NCBI GenBank assembly: GCA_964016885.1 | Contig: OZ024740.1 | Span: forward strand, 173,600,001 to 173,664,000 | DNA from: Eledone cirrhosa | Lineage: Eukaryota | Direction: 5' to 3' | Length of the DNA stretch: 64,000 nucleotides | Part shown: positions 51,629 to 64,000 of the stretch, piece after piece | How the letters are laid out: each line of letters starts with the position of its first letter | Numbering within the stretch: position 1 is the first letter of the stretch | Position numbers and translations under genes: made by a program | Notes under the pieces: generated by a model | Databases searched by the model: none | What the model saw: the letters and a program-made list of their open reading frames with translations, nothing else | What the model was told of the DNA's origin: nothing

Positions 51629-52019
51629 CTATATATTTGTTTACAATTTTTTTTTATATTTAGATGGAAAAGAAGAAAAAGACGACGAAGCAGACAACTA
51701 AAATGAAAAGGACAACAAAGACAAAGAAGACACGGGAAACGAAGATGACGAAAAGAAGAAGAAAGTATGATCTCAGTTCAGTCTAAACCTAATGATTTAT
51801 AGATATGATCTTAGTTCAGCCTTAACCTAATGACCTGTAGATACGATCTATTTAGGTTTAACTTAAACATTCAAAGATATTTGTATATACTTTTGTTGAT
51901 GTTTGACATTGTTTTTTAGTTATGAAATAGCTTATAAGCTACATTATAGCATCACAGTGCATGAGCACACTGCTCTTTAAATTAATTTTATATCTGATGC
52001 AGACAGTATTTTATATCTG

Positions 52020-52175
52020 ATGCAGACAGTAACGCAAACAGTAACTGTAAGAGTAACAGTTACAGTAACACTAACAGTGACAGTAATGCTAACAGTAACA
52101 CAGTCCCTAACAATAAACTTACCATTAACAGTAAAACTTACCCTAACACTAACCTTAAATTTAACATTAACCCAG
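52020..52175. repeat. Degenerate (TAACAG)n hexamer repeat
   Basis: Direct reading; produces the spurious TVTV ORFs. Confidence 0.85.
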
Positions 52176-52479
52176 AGAAAAAAGTCATTTGCAATCACAT
52201 TTAAGGTCACTCTTTAAGATATAGAAGATAGGCATTACATTTTAATGATTTTAATTTAAAGAGAATCACGCTATACGATGCAACACAATAACACACCACA
52301 CCACACTAACCTACACTACACCAAACCAGATTATACCATACCTTGGTAAATTCATGATAAGTTTCCATGTTATAACTACACCAAACTAAACCATACCAAA
52401 CTACACCAAACCAAACCACACCATAACAAACTACACCATACTACATCACACCATACTATTAAACTATTAATCTCAGTGA

Positions 52480-53820
52480 GAACATTTTTCTTCCTGTTTT
52501 TTTTTTTCTCTGTGTGTGTGTGTGTGTGTGCTTACCACCCAATCTGATATCAAAGGTGCTCACAAATGACTATTTTTTTTACACATTATCAATGTATATA
52601 ACATGGAAATATATCATTTGCAATAGGTTCCCATGTCATAACTACAACAATCCAAACAACACCATTCTACATCACACCATGCTTTTGATCTCAGTGTGAA
52701 AAATTTTCATCCTGTTTCTTTTTTTTTTTTTGTGTGTGATCTTACCACCCAATCTGACATCAAAGGTACTGCAATTGACTAGTTTTCGCACATATCAATA
52801 ATTATGACATGGAAAACTGTCGAAAATGACTAGCTTTGTAGAAAAAAGAGGGAGGATGTGGGTGGAAATACCATTTACAAAGCTAGTCATTTTTTATTGC
52901 AGCGGAAGTCATATTTTTTGTTAATATGCTAAAAGCATAGTCCACTGCGAGCATCTTGGAAGTTGTATTAGTTGATAGCACATGCAAAAGTGAAGGAAAA
53001 ATTTTTTTTCTTACATAAATCAAAGTGGAAATTTAATTCCTTACTTATAACAAAGCACACCAGACCACATTAATCTACCCCAAACCACACCATATCAAAC
53101 AGCACCATATTATGGTAAATTTATGACAGAACACCTACTCCTATTTTTTTTGTGCTTACCACCCAATTTGACATAAATGGTGCTTGCAAATTACTATTTT
53201 ATGCACATATTATCAATGGTTACGACATGGAAACCTGATGAAAATGACTAGCTTTGTAGAAAAAAAGAGAGAGGATGTGGGTGGAAATACCATTTACAAA
53301 GCTAGCCATTTTTCATTGCAGCGGAAGTCATATTTTTTGTTAATATGCTAAAAGCATAGTCCACTGCGAGCTTCTTGGAAGTTGATAGCACATGCAAAAA
53401 TGAATGAAAAATTTTTTTTCTAACATAAATCAAAGTGGAAATTTAAATCCTCACTTATAACAAAGCACACCACAGCACATTAATCTGCCCCAATCCACAC
53501 CATAACCATACTTCACCATATGGTAAATTTATTACAGAACACCTACTCCTACCATTTACATCACACCAATGCTCGCAGTTGACTATTTTTTTCACATATT
53601 ATGAATGAATATAACTTTGAAACCTATCGTCAATGATTAGCTTTGTAGAAAAATGAAGGCAGAAAGTGGGTGGAAAAACCATTCACAAAGTTAGTCATTT
53701 TTAATTGCAGTGGAAATCATATTTGTTGTTAATATGCTAAAAAAATAGTCAATTGCAAGCATTTTGGAGGTCGGATTAGTTGATAGGACATAAAAAAACA
53801 AAGGAAAACAAATATTGTCT
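52480..53820. repeat. Complex tandem array (~420-bp units) of the 48.4-49.4 kb element family
   Basis: tagctttgtagaaaa...gggtggaaa..ccatt.acaaag repeated at ~52830, 53250 and 53640. Confidence 0.75.
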
Positions 53821-53886
53821 ATATGTTCCTGTGGAAAGTCGGGTCTTCTGTATTACTGTGTGACCCAATTGGGAAAGGTCGGCTTA

Positions 53887-54445
53887 GAAATATTTACTTC
53901 TGCGTTCACAGATTGATTTTTTTTTTTATTTCAGAAGATCCCATTAAGGGTGAAAGCAGTCGATTCTTTGCTTAAACTTTAATCTGTTATTTTAATAAAT
54001 ATTTGCTCTACGGTTCTTATATATTTGATATATATTTATCCTTATCGAGCCCTCTTTGGATGTTAGTCTTCAAATTTATTATTATTACTATTTGGCTCCC
54101 TTGACTGAGTACTCTATTGACTTATATTCATCATGCAGAAACATCTGAATATTTCTACAAAGAACATACCCGTACCAAGCAGGAAGAAATACCTAAAACT
54201 ACGTCTCCACGAACCAAAGTATCGCCTTCCTGTCTTCCTTCGGTTGCAACGTTTTTCGAAATATTTACTTCTGCGTTCACAGATTGATTTTTTTTTTTTT
54301 ATTTCAGAAGATCCCATTAAGGGTGAAAGCAGCCGATTCTTTGCTTAAACTTTAATCTGTTATTTTAATAAATATTTGCTCTACGGTTCTTATATAATTG
54401 ATATATATTTATCCCTATCGAGTCCTCTTTGGATTTTAGTCTTCA
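53887..54445. repeat. Partial tandem duplication, period ~371 bp
   Basis: gaaatatttacttctgcgttcacag... begins at 53887 and 54258; followed by (TA)n. Confidence 0.9.
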
Positions 54446-54458
54446 TATGTATTATTAT

Positions 54459-54514
<56 letters not shown>

Positions 54515-54567
54515 ATATATTAGTTTATATATATGTGTGAGTATATATATATATATATATACACACA

Positions 54568-54838
54568 TATTGAGAGCATTGGCCTTGCAATCGAAAGGTT
54601 GTGAGTTCAATTCTCACACTGGGTGATGTGTGGTTTCCTTGAGCAAGACACTTTATTTCACATTGCTCCAGTTTACTCAGCTGTAGAAATGAGATGATCG
54701 GACTGGGGTCTCTATCATTCCACTGCAAAGTGGTCGTGGAGGTGCCACAGCAAAAAAGCACCCAGCCCACACTGTAAAGTGGATGTGGAGGTGCCACGGG
54801 AAAAAAGCACCCAGCACTCACTGTAAATGAGGTTGGTG
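54568..54838 (+). mobile_element. CORE-like tRNA SINE with an RTE-derived 3' part
   Basis: B-box gagttcaattctc, core ccttgagcaagacactt, and a tail matching the RTE 3'UTR (reverse complement of ~430-540). Confidence 0.7.
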
Positions 54839-56559
54839 TGTGTGGTACCAAAGGTCCCGGCTTCCACATCTGAAATCAGGAGCAGCTATTGCAATAGCCT
54901 GGGGTTCAAAGGCCCTCAACTTGGTTTTCAAAATTTAAATTTGTGTTTCCTATTCATCAATGCTTCAAGCAAGCTATAAAACTCTGTTATATTTCATCAT
55001 CATCATTTTATGTCAGTTCTTCTACGCTAGCATGGGTTGTCCTGTTGTGGGCAGTGTCTGGTCGGCTGACCTTGTCTTGCTCAATTCTCACACTGGGTGA
55101 TGTGTTTCCTTGAGCAAGACACTTTATTTCACATTGCTTCAGTTTACTCAGCTGTAGAAATGAGATGATAGGACTGGGGTCCCCATCTTTCCACTGCAAA
55201 GTGCTCGTGGAGGTGCCACGGGGAAAAAAGCACCCAGCACTCACTGTAAATGAGGTTGGTGTTAGGAAGGGCATCCAGCTGTAGAAATCAAGCCAGAATC
55301 AGTTCCCGTCCCACCCTTGCAAGCAGGGAAAAAGTGGACGTAAAAGGAAATGATGAATGCTCCCAGCTGTGGTCACCCCCATAGTATGAAACTACCTATG
55401 GAGCTTGAAGCAATCCAAAGAAGCTACACCAAGAAGGTTGCCACGATGGAGATAAACTACTGGGAGAGTCTAAAAGAACTGAAACTCTACTCCTCCGAAT
55501 GAAGACGGGAGAGATATGCAATGATATACATATGGAACGCATTGAGAGCTGGACCAATTCTCAAACAGGACGTCACTGTGTGGTACCAAAGGTCCCGTCT
55601 TCCACATCTGAAATCAGGAGCAGCTATTGCAATAGCCTGGGGTTCAAAGGCCCTCAACTTGGTTTTCAAAATTTAAATTTGTGTTTCCTATTCATCAATG
55701 CTTCAAGCAAGCTATAAAACTCTGTTATATTTCATCATCATCATTTTATGTCAGTTCTTCTACGCTAGCATGGGTTGTCCTGTTGTGGGCAGTGTCTGGT
55801 CGGCTGACCTTGTCTTGCTCAATTCTCACACTGGGTGATGTGTTTCCTTGAGCAAGACACTTTATTTCACATTGCTTCAGTTTACTCAGCTGTAGAAATG
55901 AGATGATAGGACTGGGGTCCCCATCTTTCCACTGCAAAGTGCTCGTGGAGGTGCCACGGGGAAAAAAGCACCCAGCACTCACTGTAAATGAGGTTGGTGT
56001 TAGGAAGGGCATCCAGCTGTAGAAATCAAGCCAGAATCAGTTCCCGTCCCACCCTTGCAAGCAGGGAAAAAGTGGACGTAAAAGGAAATGATGAATGCTC
56101 CCAGCTGTGGTCACCCCCATAGTATGAAACTACCTATGGAGCTTGAAGCAATCCAAAGAAGCTACACCAAGAAGGTTGCCACGATGGAGATAAACTACTG
56201 GGAGAGTCTAAAAGAACTGAAACTCTACTCCTCCGAATGAAGACGGGAGAGATATGCAATGATATACATATGGAACGCATTGAGAGCTGGACCAATTCTC
56301 AAACAGGACGTCACTGTGTGGTACCAAAGGTCCCGTCTTCCACATCTAAAATCAGGAGCAGCTATTGCAATAGCCTGGGGTTCAAAGGCCCTCAACTTGG
56401 TTTTCAAAATTTAAATTTGTGTTTCCTATTCATCAATGCTTCAAGCAAGCTATAAAACTCTGTTATATTTCATCATCATCATTTTATGTCAGTTCTTCTA
56501 CGCTAGCATGGGTTGTCCTCTTGTGGGCAGTGTCCGGTCGGCTGACCTTGTCTTGCTCA
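54839..56559. repeat. Near-identical 738-bp tandem duplication (~2.3 copies) of SINE/LINE fragments
   Basis: Identical ORFs offset by 738 nt (55008/55746, 55487/56225). Confidence 0.95.
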
Positions 56560-57505
56560 TACGGGAACTGATTCTGTCTTGATTTCTACTGCTGGATGCC
56601 CTTCCTAATGCTAAGCTCATTTACAATGAGTACTGGATGTTTTTTGTTGTGATTCCTCCACGACTACTTTACAGTGTGGACTGGGTGTTTTTTACGGTGT
56701 CACCATCACGACCACTTTACAGTGTTTTAGCCTATTCTCATGAAAGATATATTGGCGGGTGGGATGGAGTGGTGCATACTGTATGTATGTTTCAGCCTTC
56801 GCCTGGGCTCATGGGAAGTTGGGGTTTCTGTATTACCTCATAATGCCAGAGATCTTGGTCCTGTGTCATTGCCTTTCAGAGGTGCAATTGGGCAAGGTCG
56901 GCTTTTATCACTTCATCTCAAGTCTTTCTGGGACTTTATGTAGCTGTCATCCTTCATACGAATCACATGTCCATACCAACATAATCTCCTCTCCTGCACA
57001 CAACATTTGATTCCTCTTATGCCTAGTTTCTCTTTCAGTTTGTTTATGCTTTGCTGTTCACATATATTACTATTACACATCCATCGGAGCATACAAGCTT
57101 CATTCCTTTCTAATCTACGCAAGTCTTCTACACAGCGCCCAGCTCTCACTACCATGCAACATTGCCGTTCATATGCACGCATCATACAGACTACCTTTTA
57201 TTCTGAGGGAAAAGCCTTTTGTATCCAGCTGTGGCAGTAGCTCCCTCAACTTCTTCCATCCCGTTCTTTCAGAACCCCCCCCCCCCCACCCTGATGCTAA
57301 TTAGGTATTGTTTTTACCAAGTCCTCCCAGACTTTGATGTCACTTGTTTTCAGTGATTGTTTGCTGCTTACTGTCCTGGTGCAACTGCTACATGTAAAGC
57401 CTACATTCTTAACTAAACTTCCTGAGATCCCACTACATCTCTTGTGTACCCATAGTTTGCATATGGGGAAGAGGATGGAGTTTCTACCTACCCCTCTCCT
57501 ACATA
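56470..57505 (-). mobile_element. RTE LINE 3' fragment
   Basis: LRRLERNEACMLRWMC...WYGHV and Cys-rich insert; (GAT)n tail. Confidence 0.88.
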
Positions 57506-57552
57506 ATGAGCACACACACACACATATATATATACACACACTCACATATATA

Positions 57553-58570
57553 CTAGCTGAATTATCAGCGCCTTGCTGCGTTTCACACATTTTTTTTGTA
57601 AGAAAATGATGATTGATTTTAAATCAGTGATATAATTTATGGAGAAAAACTCAATATTACTCAATGTAAAATATAATGCATGAAAAATTGGAAAACATCA
57701 TTTTTTGTAATATATCAAATCAAAATTGCATTATTAAATCTTATTCTTATTTTGTTTCTTGCAAATAATTTTTTTCAAAATATCAATTGAAAACTTTTGT
57801 GAATAGGCATCATATCTTCTCATTTACCTATGATTTAAGTTTCATATAAATCGAAAGGGAAAAGTTTTCAGCGGGGGTTTGTACCTCCGGGGAACCCTAA
57901 TAGGGGGTTTAACCACCATTAAGGTGTCTTATAGTATTGAAATTTTGTGAATAGGCATCATATCTCTTCATTTATCTATGGTTTAAATTGCATATAAATC
58001 GAACCGAAAAAATTTTCAGCGGGGATTTTGTGCCTCCTGGTGAACCCTAATAGGGGGGTTTAACCCCCATTAGGGTATTGTAATTTTATTGAAATTTGCT
58101 GAAAGGATGTGAATAGGCATCATATCTTGTCGTTTACCTATGGTTTAAATTGCATATAAATCGAAGGGAAAACATTTTCAGCAAGGGTTTGTGCCACTGG
58201 TGAACCCTAATAGGGGGTTTAACCCCCATTAGGGTATTTTAATTTTATTGAAATTTGCTGAAATTTTGTGAATAGGCATCATATCTTGTCATTTACCTAT
58301 GGTTTAAATTTCATATAAATCGAAAGTAAAGTTTCAGCGGCGGTTTTCTGCCCCCCGGTGAACCCTTTGATTAAAATGAAATATACTTATACAAGTACCC
58401 TGGGCAATGTAGTTTCAGAATATATATGGTTATGGGGGTCTATCTCCCAAACTATAGGAGGAGTTCGTAAAATCTTGTTCCATTTATTGGCCAAACTTTT
58501 CACTATAGGGCGTTTAACCCCCATTAGGGTGTCTTAATATTATTGAAATTTGCACACACACACACACACA
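57553..58570 (-). mobile_element. Non-autonomous Helitron-like element with internal ~125-135-bp tandem repeats
   Basis: Minus-strand 3' end with hairpin cagc-aaggc-gctg about 10 nt before CTAG|T; four gaataggcatcatatc units; (CA)n at the far end. Confidence 0.6.
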
Positions 58571-60313
58571 TGAAAATATGTGACGTCATTCGTCAACCTT
58601 CCCTACTTTCATTTCTGACAGCTAATACCATGAACTGTATTTTTACAGTTCATGGTATTATTAGCTGTCAGAAGTGAAAGTAGGGGAAGGTTGACGAATG
58701 ACGTCACATATTTTCATAGTTATGGTTATCAATATAAAAAAAACAAGTCATTTTCACCAATAGTGGTAGTTAACTTAAATGAAAATATAGGTGGCCCTTA
58801 AAAGGGCCAAATTATGGTTATCAAATTTTTTTGCACCAACCCTATATATTTATGAAGAAATGTTTAGAAAACAAATTATTTTCACCAACCTTATTCAAAA
58901 GCATGGATACAGTGCCCATGGAGACAAGCGACAATCCCCACCAATCAGCAACAATCATCACCAACACCACGTGTAAATAAATAAACTTTAATCTTCACTT
59001 TGTGATAATACACGCATCTGCAAGTTGAAAAATGAGTTCTATAATATATCCAAGTGTTAAGGGAATTAACCATCGCTACCGCTACTATAGCAGATACCGT
59101 CAATTGGTTGAAAATTCAAGGACTTCTGAATACACAAAAGGTCTGCCCTTCATGTGGTCAACGTATGTTGGAAGTAGCGAAACAAAATGTGTCAGATGGG
59201 ATTATCTGGTCATGTAGAAAACAGGTTTCTATTAGAAAAGGCACATTTTTAGAAAATAGCAATTTGAAGTGTGAACAAATAGTTGATATATAATATTTTT
59301 GGGCAAAAGAAGATTTCAGAGGTATGTCGTATCGCGAATGTGTCCGTAGCAGATTGGCGAAATTTTTGCCGTGATGTAGGTGCAGAGTACTATGTGGCAC
59401 AAAACATTAAGCTTGGCGGGCCAAACCGAATTGTCGAGATTGATGAAAGCGCATTCGTGAGAAGGAAATACCATCGTTGCCATTCTGTGAAACACTGGGT
59501 TTTTGGTGTTTTGGAAAGAAGTACCAGAAGATGTATTTTAGTAGCAGTAGAAGACAGGACAGCGGAAACACTTTCAACCATTATACAGGATCGTATACTG
59601 CCAGGGACAACATAAATATCTGATCTATGGCGTTCCTATAATACGATCGATCAGCTAGGCTATCAACATTTGACGGTGAACCATTCGATCAATTTTGTTG
59701 ATTCAGTAACATTTGCCACAACGAATCACATAGAATGCTTGTGGAAACACGTAAAAAATAGGAATAAAAGGTAAAACGGGACAGCCAGAAATTTGCTTCA
59801 AACCTATCTCATTGAATTCATGTGGCGGTATGAATTTAAAGGAGAAATTTTCAAAAAGTTATTAGAACATATCCGTCATCTGATTCCATGCATTTGAATA
59901 AGGTTGGTGAAAAAAATGTTTCTAAACATGCTTTTGAATAAGGTTGTTGAATAATGAAAATATAAATGAATAAATCAAATTTATTTGATAACCATGACTT
60001 GTTTTCTAATTAACTTTAATTTGTTTTCTAATTTGGCCCTTTTAAGGGCCACCTATATTTTCATTTAAGTAACTCCACTTACATCGATATGCTTTATAAC
60101 CATGACTTGTTTTCTAATTTGGCCCTTTTATGTCTTCCCTCTCTCTCCTCTTCCCCTCTAACTCCCCTCCGCCTCTCTCTCTCTCCAAACAACGCGTGAA
60201 AACTCCACTTACGCGTGGTAGTAATACGGAAATAAACGATGTTTGACGAGTGACGCCACCTTCGCCTGTTTCCATCGGCTGCTTGGACTGACAGCTAATA
60301 GCGTTGTAGTGCC
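58570..60313 (+). mobile_element. Merlin (IS1595/ISXO2-like) DNA transposon with long imperfect inverted repeats
   Basis: Transposase remnant flanked by inverted blocks (58770-58815 / 60028-60073 and 58880-58908 / 59886-59912). Confidence 0.8.
59032..59898 (+). pseudogene. Merlin/ISXO2-like DDE transposase with stops and frameshifts
   Basis: CPSC zinc-ribbon, GGPNRIVEIDES, WVFG..ER, ILPGT..SD.WRSY, HLTVNHS.NFVD, TNHIE.LW, YLIEFMWR. Confidence 0.9.
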
Positions 60314-61314
60314 GAATTATTAAATTAAATATTTTTTACTATACGTCCCATAATTTTTTCTGTGTACACACACACATATATATATTACTGAATCGCAATC
60401 TCGTATGTTTCAAAATAAGTAATTTCGAAAAAAGTTAAAAATGAAAAAGTTACGGACATGGAGTGGGGCTGAAAATTGGAAAAGAAAAAAAATTAGAAAG
60501 TTTCTTTAGCAGAATCTTAACCTCGTAAAACAGTTATGCCAAGAAATTTTCCGGGGGGGGGGGGGTTTACGTATGTGCGTAGCTTATTCCTAAACTCAGC
60601 TACTTTTCAGCAAGATGTGATTTTAAAGGAAATTTGGCAGCTATTTTAGGCGGTCAGAGTGTCTGACTACGTCTGCCTTTGTTGCCACAGTGCACGTCCG
60701 TTTCCTCGTTATGACGTCTCTAATAAATTTAAATTCTTTATACTAAAACTTAAATTTACATGGTATGGGAGCTAAATTTTCGCATTAATGAAATTCGCAT
60801 TGCATTTTCGTTTGGAATTCTGTCGGTTTCAATTAAATGCTACAATTTTCTTTATATTTTACCAATAGTCTAGCGAAATTATGCAAACTGTATAGACATA
60901 GTGTTGTCCGGAAGTAGAATGTTGAAATATCCAAGACAACATTTTAAAAACAATTTCAACCAATCACAAGCCGAGATGTAATGTTTTCATTCTGTTTAAA
61001 TAACGAAGTTTGTTGTGGCAACCTATCGAAAGAACATTTTAACAACAGTAATCATAATGGTTTCTGATTTAGGTACAAGGCCAACAATTTTAGGGGAGGG
61101 GAAAGTCGATTAAATCGACCACATTTTTCCTTTTAAGCAGAATAAACGAATGATGAATTATGAATTTTCCAGGAGGTTTACACCTGCTTCTATTAATACT
61201 CGAGCAATCAGATCGACATGTGAATCAAAGTCCGGTTGGGTGAGTGTGAAAGTTAAATGAGTTCATTTTAAATCAGGTGATCTCCCAGCAACTACTAGAT
61301 AAAGTGTATATTTG

Positions 61315-61356
<42 letters not shown>

Positions 61357-62711
61357 CAGAAACGTATTTTATAAAGCGTGTAAGCTAAACAAATATACAT
61401 CTCACTGATTACTAATACTTTGGATGCTAGTTAGTCAAACTGGTTGTTGCCCAATTGCTACCGAATCTTTAAACACATTGAAAACTATGGTATTATTATA
61501 AAAGGATACTCGCTTCGACTTCGTTTTTTTATTTTTTTGTGTGCTATCAACTAATCTGACTCCCACGATGCTCGCAATCGACTTTTTTCCCCCCAGGAAA
61601 ACGGAGGAGTACGGTGTTGTGTTCCCAACTCGATCCCTTTTCCTCGGAGTTTTCTCCACGATTTTTCTTTTTGCGTATTATTAACGAATATGACATCCAA
61701 ACCAGTCGGAAACGAGTAGCTTTGTAGAAAAAAAGGGGCGGGGGAGCGGGCGAAAGACCATCCGAGTTGGGAAATAATTATTTTTCTTTTCTTTTTTTGT
61801 TTAGGGTTTTCGTTTTCCTTTGAAAAAAGTTGATTGCGAGCATCTTGGAGGTTGAATTAGTTAATAGCACACGAAAAAGAGGAAAATATTTTCCCCACTG
61901 AAATCGAAACGGCTGTTCTAAAAATTTACCAAAACTACCATGAAGCATTTCTAATAAATAGTTTCTATATTTTATTGGATATATTAGATTATTAGTAGTT
62001 ACTTTATATTCATTTCTTCCCTATTATCGTTTCGTCGCATCCGTCGTATTTTACTTTCACATTTTTTAGCCTGTGAATCTAGTTCACGACCCGCGTATAT
62101 TTTAAAGCGTGTGTGAATAAATGTGCAACGTATAAAGAAAGGATTGGAGTTCTTTTGTTTTAAAGTAGGCACGGCACATTATTGAATTTCAGCAATCTCC
62201 GTATCCTTATATGTAATCAGGAAAACGTAATCAGGAAAACTCTGATCTCGTAGAACTAGTTTGTAATACGTTTTTTTTTCATGTAAATCATTCTTTTGAC
62301 CACTCTTTGTTATTATCCTAGTATAAACAGGATATTTCAAACTACAAGCCTTATTTATTTGTTTTAGTTATTTCGCTCGTTTTCATTAAATAATGTCGCA
62401 CTAAGACAAGTATTATGGCCAGTATTTCCTTTATTTCAATAGTATCTCTGTATGTAATTGTGTAATGAAATGAATGAAAAGAACGAAATCAATAGGGAGT
62501 CATCATCATCATCGTCACCATTATCACTATTTTCGTCATCACCATCATATAACGCCTGTTTTCCTTCCTAGTTAGGGTTGGACGGGTCATTACAAAATAC
62601 GTTGGTACTTAATCGGAGTCACTGATCTTGCTCACATACATTCCTACACTCCACAGAGTGCGCCATACATTCTATTGTGATACCAGCACTGGAAAGGTCG
62701 TCATATAGGTA

Positions 62712-64000
62712 AAAATAATAATAATGAAATTATTGTGTACAGTGCTCAGGTGCACTACAACTCATTAAAGGTGCATGTATAGTACATAGAATAATGCACA
62801 AATGTCAGGAAAGTGAACAGTGTATGAGTCCTGATGGAGATGTGTATGGTGGGGGGGATATCAGGTGTAGTGTTGGCGAATTTCAGGAAGCATGGAGGCT
62901 TTAAAGGATGCCGTGTCTCGGCAGTTAACAACTGATGCAGGTAGTTCCATGCTTCAGCAACTCTGAGTGTGAAAATATGTTTCCGAAAGTCATGAGAGCT
63001 GTGTTGTTTTCTGACTTTGTAGGCATGCCCACGTGTGTTAGACACATGGAATTCAAAAGGTGCTCAGGGTTGTTGTTGGAAAGATGGTTAATAATTTTGT
63101 GGGTGTTTACCAAGTCCATTGCCAGACGTCGGAGCTTCAATGTATCCATGCCCAGGAAGCAAGGCGCTCAGAGTATGGTAGAAGCCTGATGGAGGGTATT
63201 CGCTTGGTTGCACGTCTCTGAACAGTTTCCAGGAGGTCAATTTTCTGAGCAAGATAGGGGTTCTAGACTGGTGATGCAAATTCTAAGTGTGGCTGCACCA
63301 TAGCTATATACAGCTTTAAATAGATCGCTGGAGAGCGGCTGACAAAGGTCTTGCTGAGTGATGCCAAGACACCCTCGGCCGTCTTGACAATTTTAGAGAG
63401 GTGCTTTGTCCAATGCAAATCGCTGCTGACAGTAATACCCAGGTCACGTTCACAAAAAGACTTCTTGATATTAGTGTTGTGGAGGGGATATGTGGCCGCT
63501 TGGTTTTTCCTCCCAAATTGCATGGTGGTACACTTGTCAGCTTGAGTTGCCAGTCCGTGATCCATTGCTACATTGTGCCCAGGTCTGATTACAGGAAAGA
63601 TCTATAGTGTTCAGGATCTGTTCTTTTTATCTCAAGGTACAGCTTGATGTCATCTGCATATTTCAGTACTGTGGCATTCTTTAAGTTGGCATCTATGTCA
63701 TTAATATATGCAACAAACAAAAGGGTCCAAGAACAGATCCCTATGGTACACCAAATGACATCTCATATGGTGAAGAATGCTGTCCTAGAACTGTGACAAC
63801 TTCTCTTCGACTGAGAATAAAGGACTTCAACCAGTTAAAAAGATCAGCCTTCACACCCATTGCAGAGAGTTTTGCCATAAGTCTTTTGTGTGGCGCAGAA
63901 TTAAAAGCTTTAGCAAAGTTAAGGTAAACAACATCCACTCATGAGCCGCCATCAGTGATCCGGGTGATCTTTTCAAGAAACTTGATAAGTTGATCACAGC
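62712..64000 (-). mobile_element. CR1-clade LINE 3' portion (decayed RT)
   Basis: DVVYLNFAKAFN.APH.RL, YADD, ERDLGITV, LYIAMVQPHLEFASPV, NTRGH; (ATT)n tail. Confidence 0.9.

Noticed and set aside
57800-58370. Regularly spaced repeats resembling a CRISPR array
   Set aside because: The whole unit is repeated with no unique spacers; eukaryotic context with no cas genes.
61320-61353. Poly(A) run as a retrocopy tail
   Set aside because: No recognisable upstream coding or element body, and no TSD.

Overview
AT-rich, microsatellite-rich animal genomic DNA. The SINE and RTE families resemble those of octopus-like coleoid cephalopods (inference). The only supported host gene is the 5' part of the PP2A scaffold A subunit (PPP2R1A/B-like) on the minus strand: five coding exons at 30942->2074 with canonical GT-AG introns, continuing beyond the left edge. 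The rest is transposon debris: a near full-length frameshifted RTE LINE plus many fragments, CR1- and CRE-like LINE pieces, two SINE families, mariner, piggyBac and Merlin remnants, MITEs, a non-autonomous Helitron, a Penelope-like GIY-YIG fragment and tandem duplications. The most notable signal is a set of hammerhead-ribozyme (HHR) motifs in fold-back or partial-tandem elements, several next to (TA)n tracts. The best is a structurally complete HHR in a non-coding ~536-bp retrozyme-like element at 50.2-51.1 kb. A His codon at a conserved Arg position of PP2A-A is a candidate for restorative A-to-I recoding. Most ORF-track entries are spurious. All calls were made by eye, and TE boundaries are approximate.
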